This document shows positions 28,814-37,399 of a stretch of 64,000 nt of DNA, in pieces; the first letter of the stretch is position 1; the number at the start of each line of letters is the position of its first letter. The translations under genes and the position numbers were made by a program. The notes beneath the pieces are model-generated. The model had not been told where the DNA came from. It searched no databases and saw only the letters and a program-made list of their open reading frames with translations. Origin of the DNA: Clostridia bacterium. GTDB taxonomy: Bacteria; Bacillota; Clostridia; Christensenellales; Pumilibacteraceae. The stretch is from the NCBI GenBank assembly GCA_017501145.1, contig JAFVXL010000059.1, positions 382 through 64,381 of the forward strand, written 5' to 3'.

Positions 28814-29143
28814 GTGAGTATGCATAGCGTAAAAATAACCGTTATGAAAATGGCGAGATACGAAGACTTGATTGTTAAGTACGAAAATCCCATTGAGCAT
28901 GCTTGTGATATGTATATAGGGCGGGTATTCGTTAGCCAAAACGCAACTAAGCCCGTTGGCTTATGCGATAGCGCGTGGGAGAGTATGGAGCAGTTCGTTA
29001 AGGCGTTGGCTCTTGGCGGCGGCAATTTCTTTGACGGCTGGATGAAAAACGAAAAATCCGCAATGATTTCGTGTAACGACGGATTTAGGCCTGTTAGCTT
29101 TTTGATAGAAACGATAGAAGAATATGGGCGAGAAAAACAATAA
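28814..29143 (+). CDS. TIGR04076-family small protein
   Basis: VKITVMK...C......G..F........P.GLCDSAW........AL..GG....W......MISCNDGFRPVSFLIE resembles the TIGR04076 signature. The start could be GTG 28814 or ATG 28820. Confidence 0.6.
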   Translation: MSMHSVKITVMKMARYEDLIVKYENPIEHACDMYIGRVFVSQNATKPVGLCDSAWESMEQFVKALALGGGNFFDGWMKNEKSAMISCNDGFRPVSFLIETIEEYGREKQ

Positions 29144-29219
29144 AATTTTTTCAAAAATATATTGACAATGTTAAAGCATAGTGATATAATGTGTTTAATA
29201 AATAATAAAGGAGAATTTT

Positions 29220-29729
29220 ATGAAAAGATTTGCAAAAGCGTTAAGCATTTTATTAGTTCTTGTTTTTGGTGTAGCAACGTTTACGGCGTGCGCGCCCAGA
29301 CCGAAATTTGACTTTGAAAAAGCCAAAGAGAATTTGGAGGCTGCGGAGCTTATCGTTACCCTTCACGAGTACGAAGACGATTACGAAGAAGTTAGAAGAT
29401 TGAGCGCATACAAAATTGATGTGTTGGGCGACGACGATATGGAATTAACGATATACGAGTACACCAAAGCTCAATTCGCTAATTTGAACTACAAAGCAGC
29501 CAAAATGGAGTTAGATATGACAATCGAAGCTCTTAAGCTTGAAAAAGAAGCTCTTAAGCTTAGATTGAAGCACGACGAAAGCTTGGACGAAGAAGATAAG
29601 GCGGAGTTGGAAGAGGATTTGCTTGATGTCGAAAAAGAAATCGAAAAATATAAGAATTACGTTATTGGAAAGAGCGGCAAATATGTTTGGATTGCTAGCT
29701 GCAAAGAAATAATAAAATTAACAAAATAA
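29220..29729 (+). CDS. Hypothetical lipoprotein, Glu/Lys-rich coiled-coil
   Basis: Lipobox VATFTAC|A. AGGAG ribosome-binding site. No family recognised. Confidence 0.5.
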   Translation: MKRFAKALSILLVLVFGVATFTACAPRPKFDFEKAKENLEAAELIVTLHEYEDDYEEVRRLSAYKIDVLGDDDMELTIYEYTKAQFANLNYKAAKMELDMTIEALKLEKEALKLRLKHDESLDEEDKAELEEDLLDVEKEIEKYKNYVIGKSGKYVWIASCKEIIKLTK

Positions 29730-29750
29730 CGTATTAGACAATTAAAACCA

Positions 29751-29798
29751 AAAAGAGCAAACGCGTAAGAATTTTTCTTGTGCATTTGCTCTTTTTTT
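29751..29798. terminator. Bidirectional terminator
   Basis: AAAGAGCAAA...TTTGCTCTTT stem followed by TTTT; overlaps the bioY stop (29813) by position only. Confidence 0.65.
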
Positions 29799-29812
29799 GA
29801 TTTGGAACAATT

Positions 29813-30343
29813 TTATTTTATGCGCACCCTTTTGCATACAAAAAGCGCAAGAGCGATTTTTAGAGTGTCGGGGAGTAGGTACGGCAGGACGCACGTTGTT
29901 ATTGCCGTAAGCGCGCTTAAGCTTGTTGTGGGCACATATACAAGGGTGTACCAAACCGTGCCTATGACGTAACAAAGCAGCAGTCCTACGACCATACTAA
30001 TAAGCGGTACGAGCTTGCGTTTTGCTAGCAAAGATTCTATTAGCCAAGAATTAGCCGCTGCCGCCAAAAAGCCTATTAGATATCCTCCGCCCGCGCCGAG
30101 AATAATGCCTATCCCGCCTGTAAAGTTGGAAAAAACAGGAACTCCTATTATGCCCATAAGTAGGTATACGGCTATTGTAAACGTTGCGTTTTTGCCGCCG
30201 AGCATTCCGATACACAAGAACAGTCCAAGCGTTTGGAGTGTAAACGGTATGACGGTAGGGATACTTATCCATGAGCATATTGCCATTATTACCACAAACA
30301 GAGCTATGCGCGCCAAATCTAAGGTTTTTAGTTTTTTGTTCAT
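29813..30343 (-). CDS. bioY: Biotin transporter BioY (ECF S-component)
   Basis: Started at the ATG at 30343, one nt after the birA stop. Hydrophobic with IPFTLQTLGLFL and GGGYLIGF motifs. Sits downstream of birA. Confidence 0.85.
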   Translation of the reverse strand: MNKKLKTLDLARIALFVVIMAICSWISIPTVIPFTLQTLGLFLCIGMLGGKNATFTIAVYLLMGIIGVPVFSNFTGGIGIILGAGGGYLIGFLAAAANSWLIESLLAKRKLVPLISMVVGLLLCYVIGTVWYTLVYVPTTSLSALTAITTCVLPYLLPDTLKIALALFVCKRVRIK

Positions 30344-30344
30344 A

Positions 30345-31304
30345 CTATTTAAGTCTAACGCTAATTTCGCCCGACGAAAGTGTGGCGAGCTCGCCGTTTT
30401 CGTATCTAACCTTAAGCCTGCAGTTTTCATCTACGTCAAGCGCAATAGCATTACGTTTATTATCTCCGCTAATAACGCTAATTTGCTTGCCTATAACAAA
30501 GCTGCGCCTGCAATATTTTGATACGTAGTCGGTTTTTTGCGACGTATAGTATTCAAAAAAACGATTAATAATGCTTGCTATAAGTTTGTTTTTTGTGCCG
30601 TTTTTTAACGTTGGCAGTAAAAATCCGGCTATATTTTCAATATCTGTCGGAAAACCGTTCTTTGGCGGATAGACATTTATACCTATTCCGACAATGGCGT
30701 AGTCGAGAGTTCCTGTCTCCATACTAATTGCCGCTTCGGTGAGTATCCCACTCGCTTTTTTGCCACCTACGTATATGTCGTTTACCCATTTTATATCAGC
30801 GCTAACACCGGCAATTTCTTCTATGGATTCGGCAACAGCTACCGCAGCCATAGTGGTAAGGCTTACGGCTTTTTCGGCAGGGTAGGATGGGCGTAGCAAA
30901 AAGCTCATATAAATTCCGCTATCGCTCGGCGAAAAAAAGCTTCGGCCCAATCTGCCTTTGCCGCCTGTTTGGGCTGATGCGATTATTACGCCTTCGCCCT
31001 TGCCGCTTTGGGCGTATTGCTTGGCAGTTTCGTTGGTGGAAGCGATGGATTTATACACGTCTATGTATTGCGGCTTATCTACAAGCTGATGTATCTCGTT
31101 TGCCGAAATCACGTCAACGGGTACGCTAAGCATATATCCACGATTTTCTACCGCGTTGATAACATAACCGTCATTTCGCAAAGAATTGATTGACTTCCAT
31201 ACTGCAGAACGCGAAACGTTAAGAGTCTTGGCAATTTCTTCGCCCGAAACAAATCGGTCGGTATGCGCCGAAAGTAGCGCTAAAATTTGTTGCTTGGTGT
31301 TCAT
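30345..31304 (-). CDS. birA: Bifunctional biotin--[acetyl-CoA-carboxylase] ligase / biotin operon repressor
   Basis: 319 aa. N-terminal winged HTH (FVSGEEIAKTLNVSRSAVWKSINSLR) and ligase motif GGKGRLGRSF. Confidence 0.9.
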   Translation of the reverse strand: MNTKQQILALLSAHTDRFVSGEEIAKTLNVSRSAVWKSINSLRNDGYVINAVENRGYMLSVPVDVISANEIHQLVDKPQYIDVYKSIASTNETAKQYAQSGKGEGVIIASAQTGGKGRLGRSFFSPSDSGIYMSFLLRPSYPAEKAVSLTTMAAVAVAESIEEIAGVSADIKWVNDIYVGGKKASGILTEAAISMETGTLDYAIVGIGINVYPPKNGFPTDIENIAGFLLPTLKNGTKNKLIASIINRFFEYYTSQKTDYVSKYCRRSFVIGKQISVISGDNKRNAIALDVDENCRLKVRYENGELATLSSGEISVRLK

Positions 31305-31322
31305 ACTTTACTCCTAAGAGGT

Positions 31323-31377
31323 ATTATAACAAACTCAAACTAAAATTGTCAACCCAAATATATGCCAAGGTTGACAT
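31323..31377 (-). promoter_or_regulatory. birA-bioY promoter overlapped by a BirA-operator-like inverted repeat
   Basis: Minus strand reads TTGACA, 18-nt spacer, TATAAT. Inverted repeat TTGTCAACC-N14-GGTTGACA (31346-31376) covers the -35 box. Confidence 0.7.
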
Positions 31378-31416
31378 TGTAAATTGTAAAAATCCTTCTT
31401 TTTGCTAAAAAAACAG

Positions 31417-31446
31417 TTGACAAGCAAGACGGTTTTTTGATAGAAT
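31417..31446 (+). promoter_or_regulatory. Promoter of tRNA-Ser
   Basis: TTGACA, 18-nt spacer, TG-extended TAGAAT, ending 12 nt before the tRNA 5' end. Confidence 0.65.
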
Positions 31447-31457
31447 TACTTGGCTGT

Positions 31458-31546
31458 GGAGCGGTATCGAAGTGGTCATAACGGGCCTGACTCGAAATCA
31501 GGTAGTCCGAAAGGGCTCGTGGGTTCGAATCCCACCCGCTCTGCCA
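31458..31546 (+). tRNA. tRNA-Ser (anticodon CGA), class II with long variable arm, encoded CCA
   Basis: Hand fold. Acceptor GGAGCGG/CCGCTCT (G1:U72). Anticodon stem CCTGA/TCAGG with loop CTCGAAA. Variable arm GTCC-GAAA-GGGC. T-arm GTGGG-TTCGAAT-CCCAC. Discriminator G plus CCA. Confidence 0.9.
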
Positions 31547-31552
31547 ACAAAA

Positions 31553-31589
31553 AACGCACTTTTGTCTATGACAGAGGTGCGTTTTTTTT
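31553..31589 (+). terminator. Rho-independent terminator after tRNA-Ser
   Basis: AACGCAC...GTGCGTT outer stem with inner TGTC/GACA pairing, followed by TTTTTTTT. Confidence 0.8.
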
Positions 31590-31892
31590 AATGTTGTTTT
31601 ACTTTTGCAAATGATGTTGGGTTCGCCACGTTTTATGGTAAATGTTGCATCATTAAGCTCGTTGAACTTTCAAAAGTACTTCTTTGAGGGTTATGCTGGT
31701 TGCCTTTTGTAAAACCGCCAAAGGAGAGTAGCGATACCAAGTAGTAAAAAAGATCTCGCAAGGCTTTTGATTGTCAAATGCGCCCAATCGCGCCTTGTTG
31801 AGCTTATAAATTTTGTTAGGGCATTACGCTCTTAAGCTTGCTTTTTTGAGAAAAAATCCATCGAATAAACTGATGGACTGGGTGCTAACTAT

Positions 31893-32504
31893 TTACTTAA
31901 ACATACCGTTTTTGATTAGCGGCATAACTGTTTGGTCGATAAATGTGTCAATTTCGTCGTCTGTGCTTTTTTCGAAGATGGCCTTTAGCCCCAAGAAGTT
32001 GGTTATACCCATAAGCGCGTACGAAAGAGTCTTTACGTCGCTAAGCTTAAGCTCCTCGCCAGACGATATTAGCGCGCGAGCGTAGCTAGAGGCAAACGAC
32101 TCGTAGTAATCAGCGAAGATATCTTCGTCTACGGCAAGGCTTCCCCAAATAACGTTATAGACCTGCGGATTGCGTACCGCGTATTTTACAAAGCATTTTA
32201 TACCCGCGCGTTCCTTTTCGTATCGGGAGTTAAGTCCTTTGATGCTATCGTTAAGCATTGAGCGGATATGTGTCTTATAGGTTTCGATAACGTAGCGATA
32301 AATATCAGCTTTGCTATCGAAATAAATGTAGAAGGTTCCTACAGCTGTGCCTGCCTTTTTGCAAATATCAACAACCGACGTTTCGAAAAAGCTGACGTTA
32401 GAAAAAAGCTCTTCAGCGGCACTAACGAGCTTGTTCATTTTCGTCCAGCCGTTTTGAGTTTTTGGCAAATTAACGCCCTTAATTGGGTAGGTGATATCCT
32501 TCAT
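31893..32504 (-). CDS. TetR/AcrR-family transcriptional regulator (FadR-like by context)
   Basis: 203 aa. N-terminal HTH FFETSVVDICKKAGTAVGTFYIYFDSK. Divergent from the acyl-CoA operon. Confidence 0.85.
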   Translation of the reverse strand: MKDITYPIKGVNLPKTQNGWTKMNKLVSAAEELFSNVSFFETSVVDICKKAGTAVGTFYIYFDSKADIYRYVIETYKTHIRSMLNDSIKGLNSRYEKERAGIKCFVKYAVRNPQVYNVIWGSLAVDEDIFADYYESFASSYARALISSGEELKLSDVKTLSYALMGITNFLGLKAIFEKSTDDEIDTFIDQTVMPLIKNGMFK

Positions 32505-32649
32505 GTCTTCTCCTTAGTTAAATCATAGCAGCCAACCGTCCACAAATATATATTATACTACTTTTTTTGGCAATTTTCAAGGGCGTAGAACTATGATTTG
32601 AAAAAAATAATAAAAAATTTTTAATTTGTAAAAACCTTCCTAAAAACTA

Positions 32650-32677
32650 TTGACAAATTAAAAATATATGGTAAAAT
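32650..32677 (+). promoter_or_regulatory. Strong sigma-A-type promoter of the acyl-CoA/ABC cluster
   Basis: TTGACA, 16-nt spacer, TG-extended TAAAAT. Confidence 0.65.
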
Positions 32678-32690
32678 ATATATAAAAGAA

Positions 32691-32711
32691 AATATGAACA
32701 TTATTCATATT
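32691..32711. promoter_or_regulatory. Perfect palindrome AATATGAA-N5-TTCATATT (candidate TetR operator)
   Basis: An 8+8 inverted repeat located 14 nt downstream of the -10 box. Confidence 0.5.
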
Positions 32712-32770
32712 CGCAAAAAAAGCTCTATGTATAATATTCGTTTTTCAAAATCTACATATTAATAGAGAAG

Positions 32771-33184
32771 ATGAGTATGAAATTTGAAGATCTTATGGTT
32801 GGACAAAAGGCGTCTATACAAAAGACGTTTACGGCAGCCGACGTAACCGCGTTTGCAGGGCTGTCGCTTGACATTAACCCACTTCATGTAAGTGACGAGT
32901 ACGCAAAAAACTCTATTTTCGGCAAAAGAATTGTGCACGGAATTTTGACAAGCGGTCTTATTTCGGCTGTTCTTGCTAATAAGCTCCCCGGCCCAGGAAC
33001 TATTTATCTCGGACAGGAGCTTCGTTTTGTCGCGCCCGTTTATCTTGGCGACGATATAAAAGCCGAGGTAGAGGTAGCGGAAATTATGGAAGAAAAAAAG
33101 ATAGTTAAGCTTAACACTACGTGCTATAACCAAGACGGCAAAACTGTTATTTTCGGTATGGCAACCGTTAAGTTTAACGGCTAA
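32771..33184 (+). CDS. MaoC-like (R)-specific enoyl-CoA hydratase (PhaJ-type hot-dog fold)
   Basis: 137 aa. FAGLSLDINPLHVSDEYAKNSIFGKRIVHGIL hydratase-2 motif. Confidence 0.8.
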   Translation: MSMKFEDLMVGQKASIQKTFTAADVTAFAGLSLDINPLHVSDEYAKNSIFGKRIVHGILTSGLISAVLANKLPGPGTIYLGQELRFVAPVYLGDDIKAEVEVAEIMEEKKIVKLNTTCYNQDGKTVIFGMATVKFNG

Positions 33185-33195
33185 ACGGAGGAAGT

Positions 33196-34332
33196 ATGGC
33201 AGAATACAAACACGTTCTTTTTGAGCAAATGATAAAAGACTTTGCCCAAAACGAGGTTAAGCCGCTTGCGCAAGAAGTAGATGAGCTTGAGCGTTTCCCT
33301 GAAGAAACTGTGGAAAAGATGGCTAAGCTCGGGCTATTGGGTATTATTGTACCAAAAGAGTACGGCGGTGCGGGCGGAAATTATTATATGTATATTCAGG
33401 CGGTAGAGGAGATTTCGAAGGTTTGCGCAACAACAGGCGTTATTCTTTCGGCGCACACCTCGCTTTGCGTAGCTCCTATCCTTGAGTACGGCACGGCTGA
33501 TCAAAAGAAAAAGTATCTTCCGCTGCTTGCGCGCGGAGAGTCGCTTGGCGCATTTGCTTTGACCGAGCCTAACGCAGGAACAGATGCAAGCAATCAGTGC
33601 ACCGTGGCGGTAGAAAAGGACGATCATTATCTTGTTAACGGTAGCAAAATTTTTATTACAAACGCAGGATACGCGTCCACCTTTATCGTTATAACGGTTA
33701 CGGGCATGACACCCAAGGGGCCTGAAATGACGGCATTTATTATGGATCGTGATTTGGAAGGATTTTCGGTTGGTAAGCACGAGAAAAAGATGGGTATTCG
33801 CGGTTCGTCCACCTGCGAGCTTATTTTTGAGAACGTAAAAGTTCCTAAGGAGAACATGCTCGGCAAGCGTGGAGAGGGCTTTAAGATTGCTATGAAGACT
33901 CTTGACGGCGGTAGAGTGGGTATTGCGGCTCAAGCGCTCGGTATTGCAGAAGGCGCGCTAGATGCTACGGTTGAGTACGTTAAGAGCCGTAAGCAGTTTG
34001 GCAAGCCTATCTCGGCGTTCCAAAACACTCAATTCGTGCTTGCAGACCTTGCAACTAAGATAGCCGCGGCTAAGTGCTTGGTTAACGTTGCTACTGACGC
34101 TAAGCAAAACAAATATTCTTCGCTTTCGGTTGCGGCGGCTCAAGCTAAGCTTTTTGCGGCCGAAACGGCAATGGAGGTAACAACTAAGGCTGTTCAACTC
34201 CACGGCGGATACGGCTACACCAGAGAGTACGCCGTAGAGCGTATGATGAGAGATGCGAAGATTACCGAAATTTATGAAGGAACGAGCGAGGTTCAACGTA
34301 TGGTAATCTCGGGCGCGCTCTTAAAGAAGTGA
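33196..34332 (+). CDS. Short-chain acyl-CoA dehydrogenase (butyryl-CoA dehydrogenase-like)
   Basis: 378 aa. ALTEPNAGTDAS, GSKIFITN, QLHGGYGYTREY..ERMMRDAKITEIYEGTSEVQ. Confidence 0.9.
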   Translation: MAEYKHVLFEQMIKDFAQNEVKPLAQEVDELERFPEETVEKMAKLGLLGIIVPKEYGGAGGNYYMYIQAVEEISKVCATTGVILSAHTSLCVAPILEYGTADQKKKYLPLLARGESLGAFALTEPNAGTDASNQCTVAVEKDDHYLVNGSKIFITNAGYASTFIVITVTGMTPKGPEMTAFIMDRDLEGFSVGKHEKKMGIRGSSTCELIFENVKVPKENMLGKRGEGFKIAMKTLDGGRVGIAAQALGIAEGALDATVEYVKSRKQFGKPISAFQNTQFVLADLATKIAAAKCLVNVATDAKQNKYSSLSVAAAQAKLFAAETAMEVTTKAVQLHGGYGYTREYAVERMMRDAKITEIYEGTSEVQRMVISGALLKK

Positions 34333-34340
34333 GGTGTTTT

Positions 34341-35126
34341 ATGAAAATAGCAGTATGTATCAAACAAGTTCCCAACACCACGGAAATTAAGATAGATCCC
34401 GTTACCAATACGCTTAAGCGTGACGGAGTACCTAGTATTATAAACCCTGATGACAAGGCGGCGCTTGAGGCGGCTCTTAATCTTAAGGATAAGTGCGGAG
34501 CACAGGTGGTAGCGCTTACCATGGGTCCTCAGCAAGCAGAAAAGGCGCTTAGAGAGGCGCTTGCTATGGGTGCTGACGAAGCATATATTATGTCGGATAA
34601 GGCGTTTGCGGGTAGCGACACGCTCGCTACGTCCACCATTATTGCGGCAGGACTTGCTAAGCTCAATCCCGACGTTATCTTTTGCGGAAGACAGGCAATA
34701 GACGGAGATACCGCGCAGGTAGGTCCGCAAATAGCCGAGCATTTAGGAATTCCGCAAATAACGTATGCGGCTCAGATAGATTATGACCAAGATAGACAGG
34801 CGCTTATCGTTAAGCGTCAATTTGAAGATAGATACCAGATGCTTGAAGTAAGCGGAAAGTGTCTTATTACCGTACTTTCGTCGCTCGCTAAGCCCAGATA
34901 TATGAACGTTTGGGACGTAGTTAACCAAGACCTAAAAGAGATTAACGTTATTACGCGCGCTGATATCGAGGTTAGCTCTGAGCATATCGGTCTTGGCGGC
35001 TCGCCCACCAAGGTTGACTCTACTGCAGCAAAGCAGTTTGACAAGAAGATAGAAACCTTTGAGCTTGATCCAACTGCTGCAGCGCAAGCGATTGTTGACG
35101 CCTTGAAGCAAAGGCATTTGATTTAG
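34341..35126 (+). CDS. etfB: Electron transfer flavoprotein beta subunit
   Basis: ATG at 34341. MKIAVCIKQVPN, INPDDK.ALE.AL, GRQAIDGDTAQVGP. Confidence 0.9.
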   Translation: MKIAVCIKQVPNTTEIKIDPVTNTLKRDGVPSIINPDDKAALEAALNLKDKCGAQVVALTMGPQQAEKALREALAMGADEAYIMSDKAFAGSDTLATSTIIAAGLAKLNPDVIFCGRQAIDGDTAQVGPQIAEHLGIPQITYAAQIDYDQDRQALIVKRQFEDRYQMLEVSGKCLITVLSSLAKPRYMNVWDVVNQDLKEINVITRADIEVSSEHIGLGGSPTKVDSTAAKQFDKKIETFELDPTAAAQAIVDALKQRHLI

Positions 35127-35135
35127 GAGGCGGAT

Positions 35136-36101
35136 ATGGCAAAGAATATTTGGGTATTTTGTGAACAACGCGATGGAGAAATTCAAAGCGTTGCCTTAGA
35201 GCTTTTGGGTGTGGCGCGAGCATTAGCACAGACCACTAACGAAAAGGTTTGCGCTATGTTGCTTGGACACAACGTATTAGATAAGGCAAACGAGCTTGTT
35301 GCTTACGGCGCGGATGTGGTTTATGTAGTTGACGACGAGCGACTTGCTCAGTTTGTAACCGAGCCATACGCGCAGGCGGCGTTTAGCGTTATTAAAAAAT
35401 ACGAGCCTAACGTGCTACTAATAGGCGCGACTAGCATAGGTCGTGACCTTGCGCCTAGACTTTCGGCAAGGTTGCATACCGGACTTACGGCTGACTGCAC
35501 CAAGCTCGATATTGACCAAAGCGGCAAGCTGTTTATGACTCGTCCGGCATTTGGCGGAAATTTGTATGCGACAATTACTTGTCCCAATCACCGCCCTCAG
35601 ATGTCTACCGTTCGCCCTGGCGTAATGAAAAAACTTTCGCCCGATACTTGCAAAAATGGCGAAATTGTGGTAGAATATGTACAATGGGATGATGATAAGT
35701 TTAAGGTAAAAGTCCTAAAAGAAATCAAAGAAAGCAAGTGTGATACCGATATCGAAAAAGCAAAGCTGCTTGTTGCGGTTGGACGTGGCGTAAAGGACGT
35801 TGAGCCTGCAAGAGAGCTTGCTTGTGCGCTTAAGGGTGCGCTCGCATCTTCGAGAGCTCTCGTTGACGCAGGCGTAACCTCTCAGCATACTCAAGTAGGA
35901 CAGACGGGCAAAACAGTTAGGCCCGAGGCGTATATAGCATTTGGTATATCGGGCGCAATCCAGCATATAGCCGGTATGGAAGAATCGGAGTTTATCGTAG
36001 CGGTAAACACCGACAAAAACGCGCCGATATTTAAGATTGCTAACCTTGGTATAGTTTCGGACGCATCGCAAGTAATCAAAGAAATGAACAAAATTTTATA
36101 A
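35136..36101 (+). CDS. etfA: Electron transfer flavoprotein alpha subunit
   Basis: 321 aa. VAVGRG, VGQTGKTVRPEAYIAFGISGAIQH.AGM. Confidence 0.9.
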   Translation: MAKNIWVFCEQRDGEIQSVALELLGVARALAQTTNEKVCAMLLGHNVLDKANELVAYGADVVYVVDDERLAQFVTEPYAQAAFSVIKKYEPNVLLIGATSIGRDLAPRLSARLHTGLTADCTKLDIDQSGKLFMTRPAFGGNLYATITCPNHRPQMSTVRPGVMKKLSPDTCKNGEIVVEYVQWDDDKFKVKVLKEIKESKCDTDIEKAKLLVAVGRGVKDVEPARELACALKGALASSRALVDAGVTSQHTQVGQTGKTVRPEAYIAFGISGAIQHIAGMEESEFIVAVNTDKNAPIFKIANLGIVSDASQVIKEMNKIL

Positions 36102-36133
36102 GGTTTGTAGAAGATAATAAGGAGATATATATT

Positions 36134-37339
36134 ATGAGTAAGATTTATGTAGTTAGTGCAAAGAGAAGCGCAATCGGCAGTATGCTTGGTTCGCTTTCGG
36201 GTATGACGGCAGCTAAGCTTGGCGCAGAGGTTCTTAAAGGAGCGCTTGCCGCTGCTAATGTTAAGCCTGAGTGGCTCGACGAGGTAATAGTAGGTAACGT
36301 TTTGTCGGCTGGCGTTAAGCAGGGCCCGGCTAGACAGGTAGCTATTCACGCTGGCGTTCCCGTTACTGTTCCCGCATATTCGGTAAATATGGTATGCGGC
36401 TCGGGTATGAAGGCTGTTATGAACGCTTATACCGCAATGAAGGCAGGCATGGCTAATCTTATTGCTGCAGGCGGAACTGAGGTTATGAGCGCAGCTCCGT
36501 ACCTCGTAAACGCTAAGGTGCGTAGCGGCAACAAGATGGGCGATATGCAGCTTGTGGACCACATGATTTTGGATTCGCTTACCGACGCGTTTGGCAATAT
36601 GCATATGGGTATTACGGCAGAAAACGTTGCTGAGCGTCACGGCATTACCCGTCAGATGCAGGACGAATTTGCTATCGCTAGCCAAAAGAAGGCAATCGCA
36701 GCTCAAGATGCAGGAGCGTTTGTAGACGAAATCGTTCCTATCACCGTTAAGCAAGGCAAAAAGGAATTCGTTTTTGAGGCTGACGAATATATCAATCGCG
36801 TAACTACTCTCGAAAAGCTCGGCACTCTCCGTCCTGCGTTTAAGGCAGACGGAACGGTTACCGCAGGTAACGCTTCGGGTATCAACGACGGCGCAAGCTT
36901 TATTATTCTTGCTACTCAAGAGGCTGTTGAAAAGTACGGCTTAAAGCCGATGGCAGAAATCGTTGCAGTAGGTCAGGGCGGTGTTGAACCCGACGTTATG
37001 GGCTTGGGTCCTGTTCCTGCAGTAGGCAACGCGCTCAAAAATGCTAATATGAAGCTCGAAGAAATGGAATTGCTTGAGCTTAACGAAGCATTTGCGGCTC
37101 AATCTCTTGGCGTAGTTAAGCTTTTGGCTGAGCAACACGGCGTAAGCGAAGAATTTATCAAAGAGCGTTGCAACCTTTTGGGCGGCGCAATTGCACTCGG
37201 ACACCCCGTTGGCGCAAGCGGTAACAGAATTATCGTAACTCTTGCTCACGAGCTTAAAGCTCTTGGCAAAACGTACGGACTTGCATCTCTTTGCATAGGC
37301 GGCGGTATGGGTACTGCAGTTATCTTGAAGAATATTTAA
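36134..37339 (+). CDS. Acetyl-CoA C-acetyltransferase (thiolase II)
   Basis: 401 aa. VNMVCGSGMKAV active-site Cys region, NEAFAAQ, GGAIALGHPVGASG, LCIGGGMG. Confidence 0.92.
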   Translation: MSKIYVVSAKRSAIGSMLGSLSGMTAAKLGAEVLKGALAAANVKPEWLDEVIVGNVLSAGVKQGPARQVAIHAGVPVTVPAYSVNMVCGSGMKAVMNAYTAMKAGMANLIAAGGTEVMSAAPYLVNAKVRSGNKMGDMQLVDHMILDSLTDAFGNMHMGITAENVAERHGITRQMQDEFAIASQKKAIAAQDAGAFVDEIVPITVKQGKKEFVFEADEYINRVTTLEKLGTLRPAFKADGTVTAGNASGINDGASFIILATQEAVEKYGLKPMAEIVAVGQGGVEPDVMGLGPVPAVGNALKNANMKLEEMELLELNEAFAAQSLGVVKLLAEQHGVSEEFIKERCNLLGGAIALGHPVGASGNRIIVTLAHELKALGKTYGLASLCIGGGMGTAVILKNI

Positions 37340-37399
37340 TATATAAATCTACGACTAAAAAGTCGACAATAAAATTTATCTATATAGGAGTGTATTATT

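Noticed and set aside
31547-31892. Integrated element or integrase remnant next to tRNA-Ser (and likewise next to ssrA at 22045)
   Set aside because: There is no integrase-sized ORF and no duplicated copy of the tRNA or tmRNA 3' end in the window. The only open minus-strand frame (~49 codons, …LGAFDNQKPCEIFFTTWYRYSPLAVLQK…) has no start codon and no family I can recognise.
35891-36919. 342-aa minus-strand ORF spanning the etfA/thiolase junction
   Set aside because: It crosses an intergenic spacer of the plus-strand operon and lies antisense to two high-confidence genes. It has no ribosome-binding site and is a shadow ORF.
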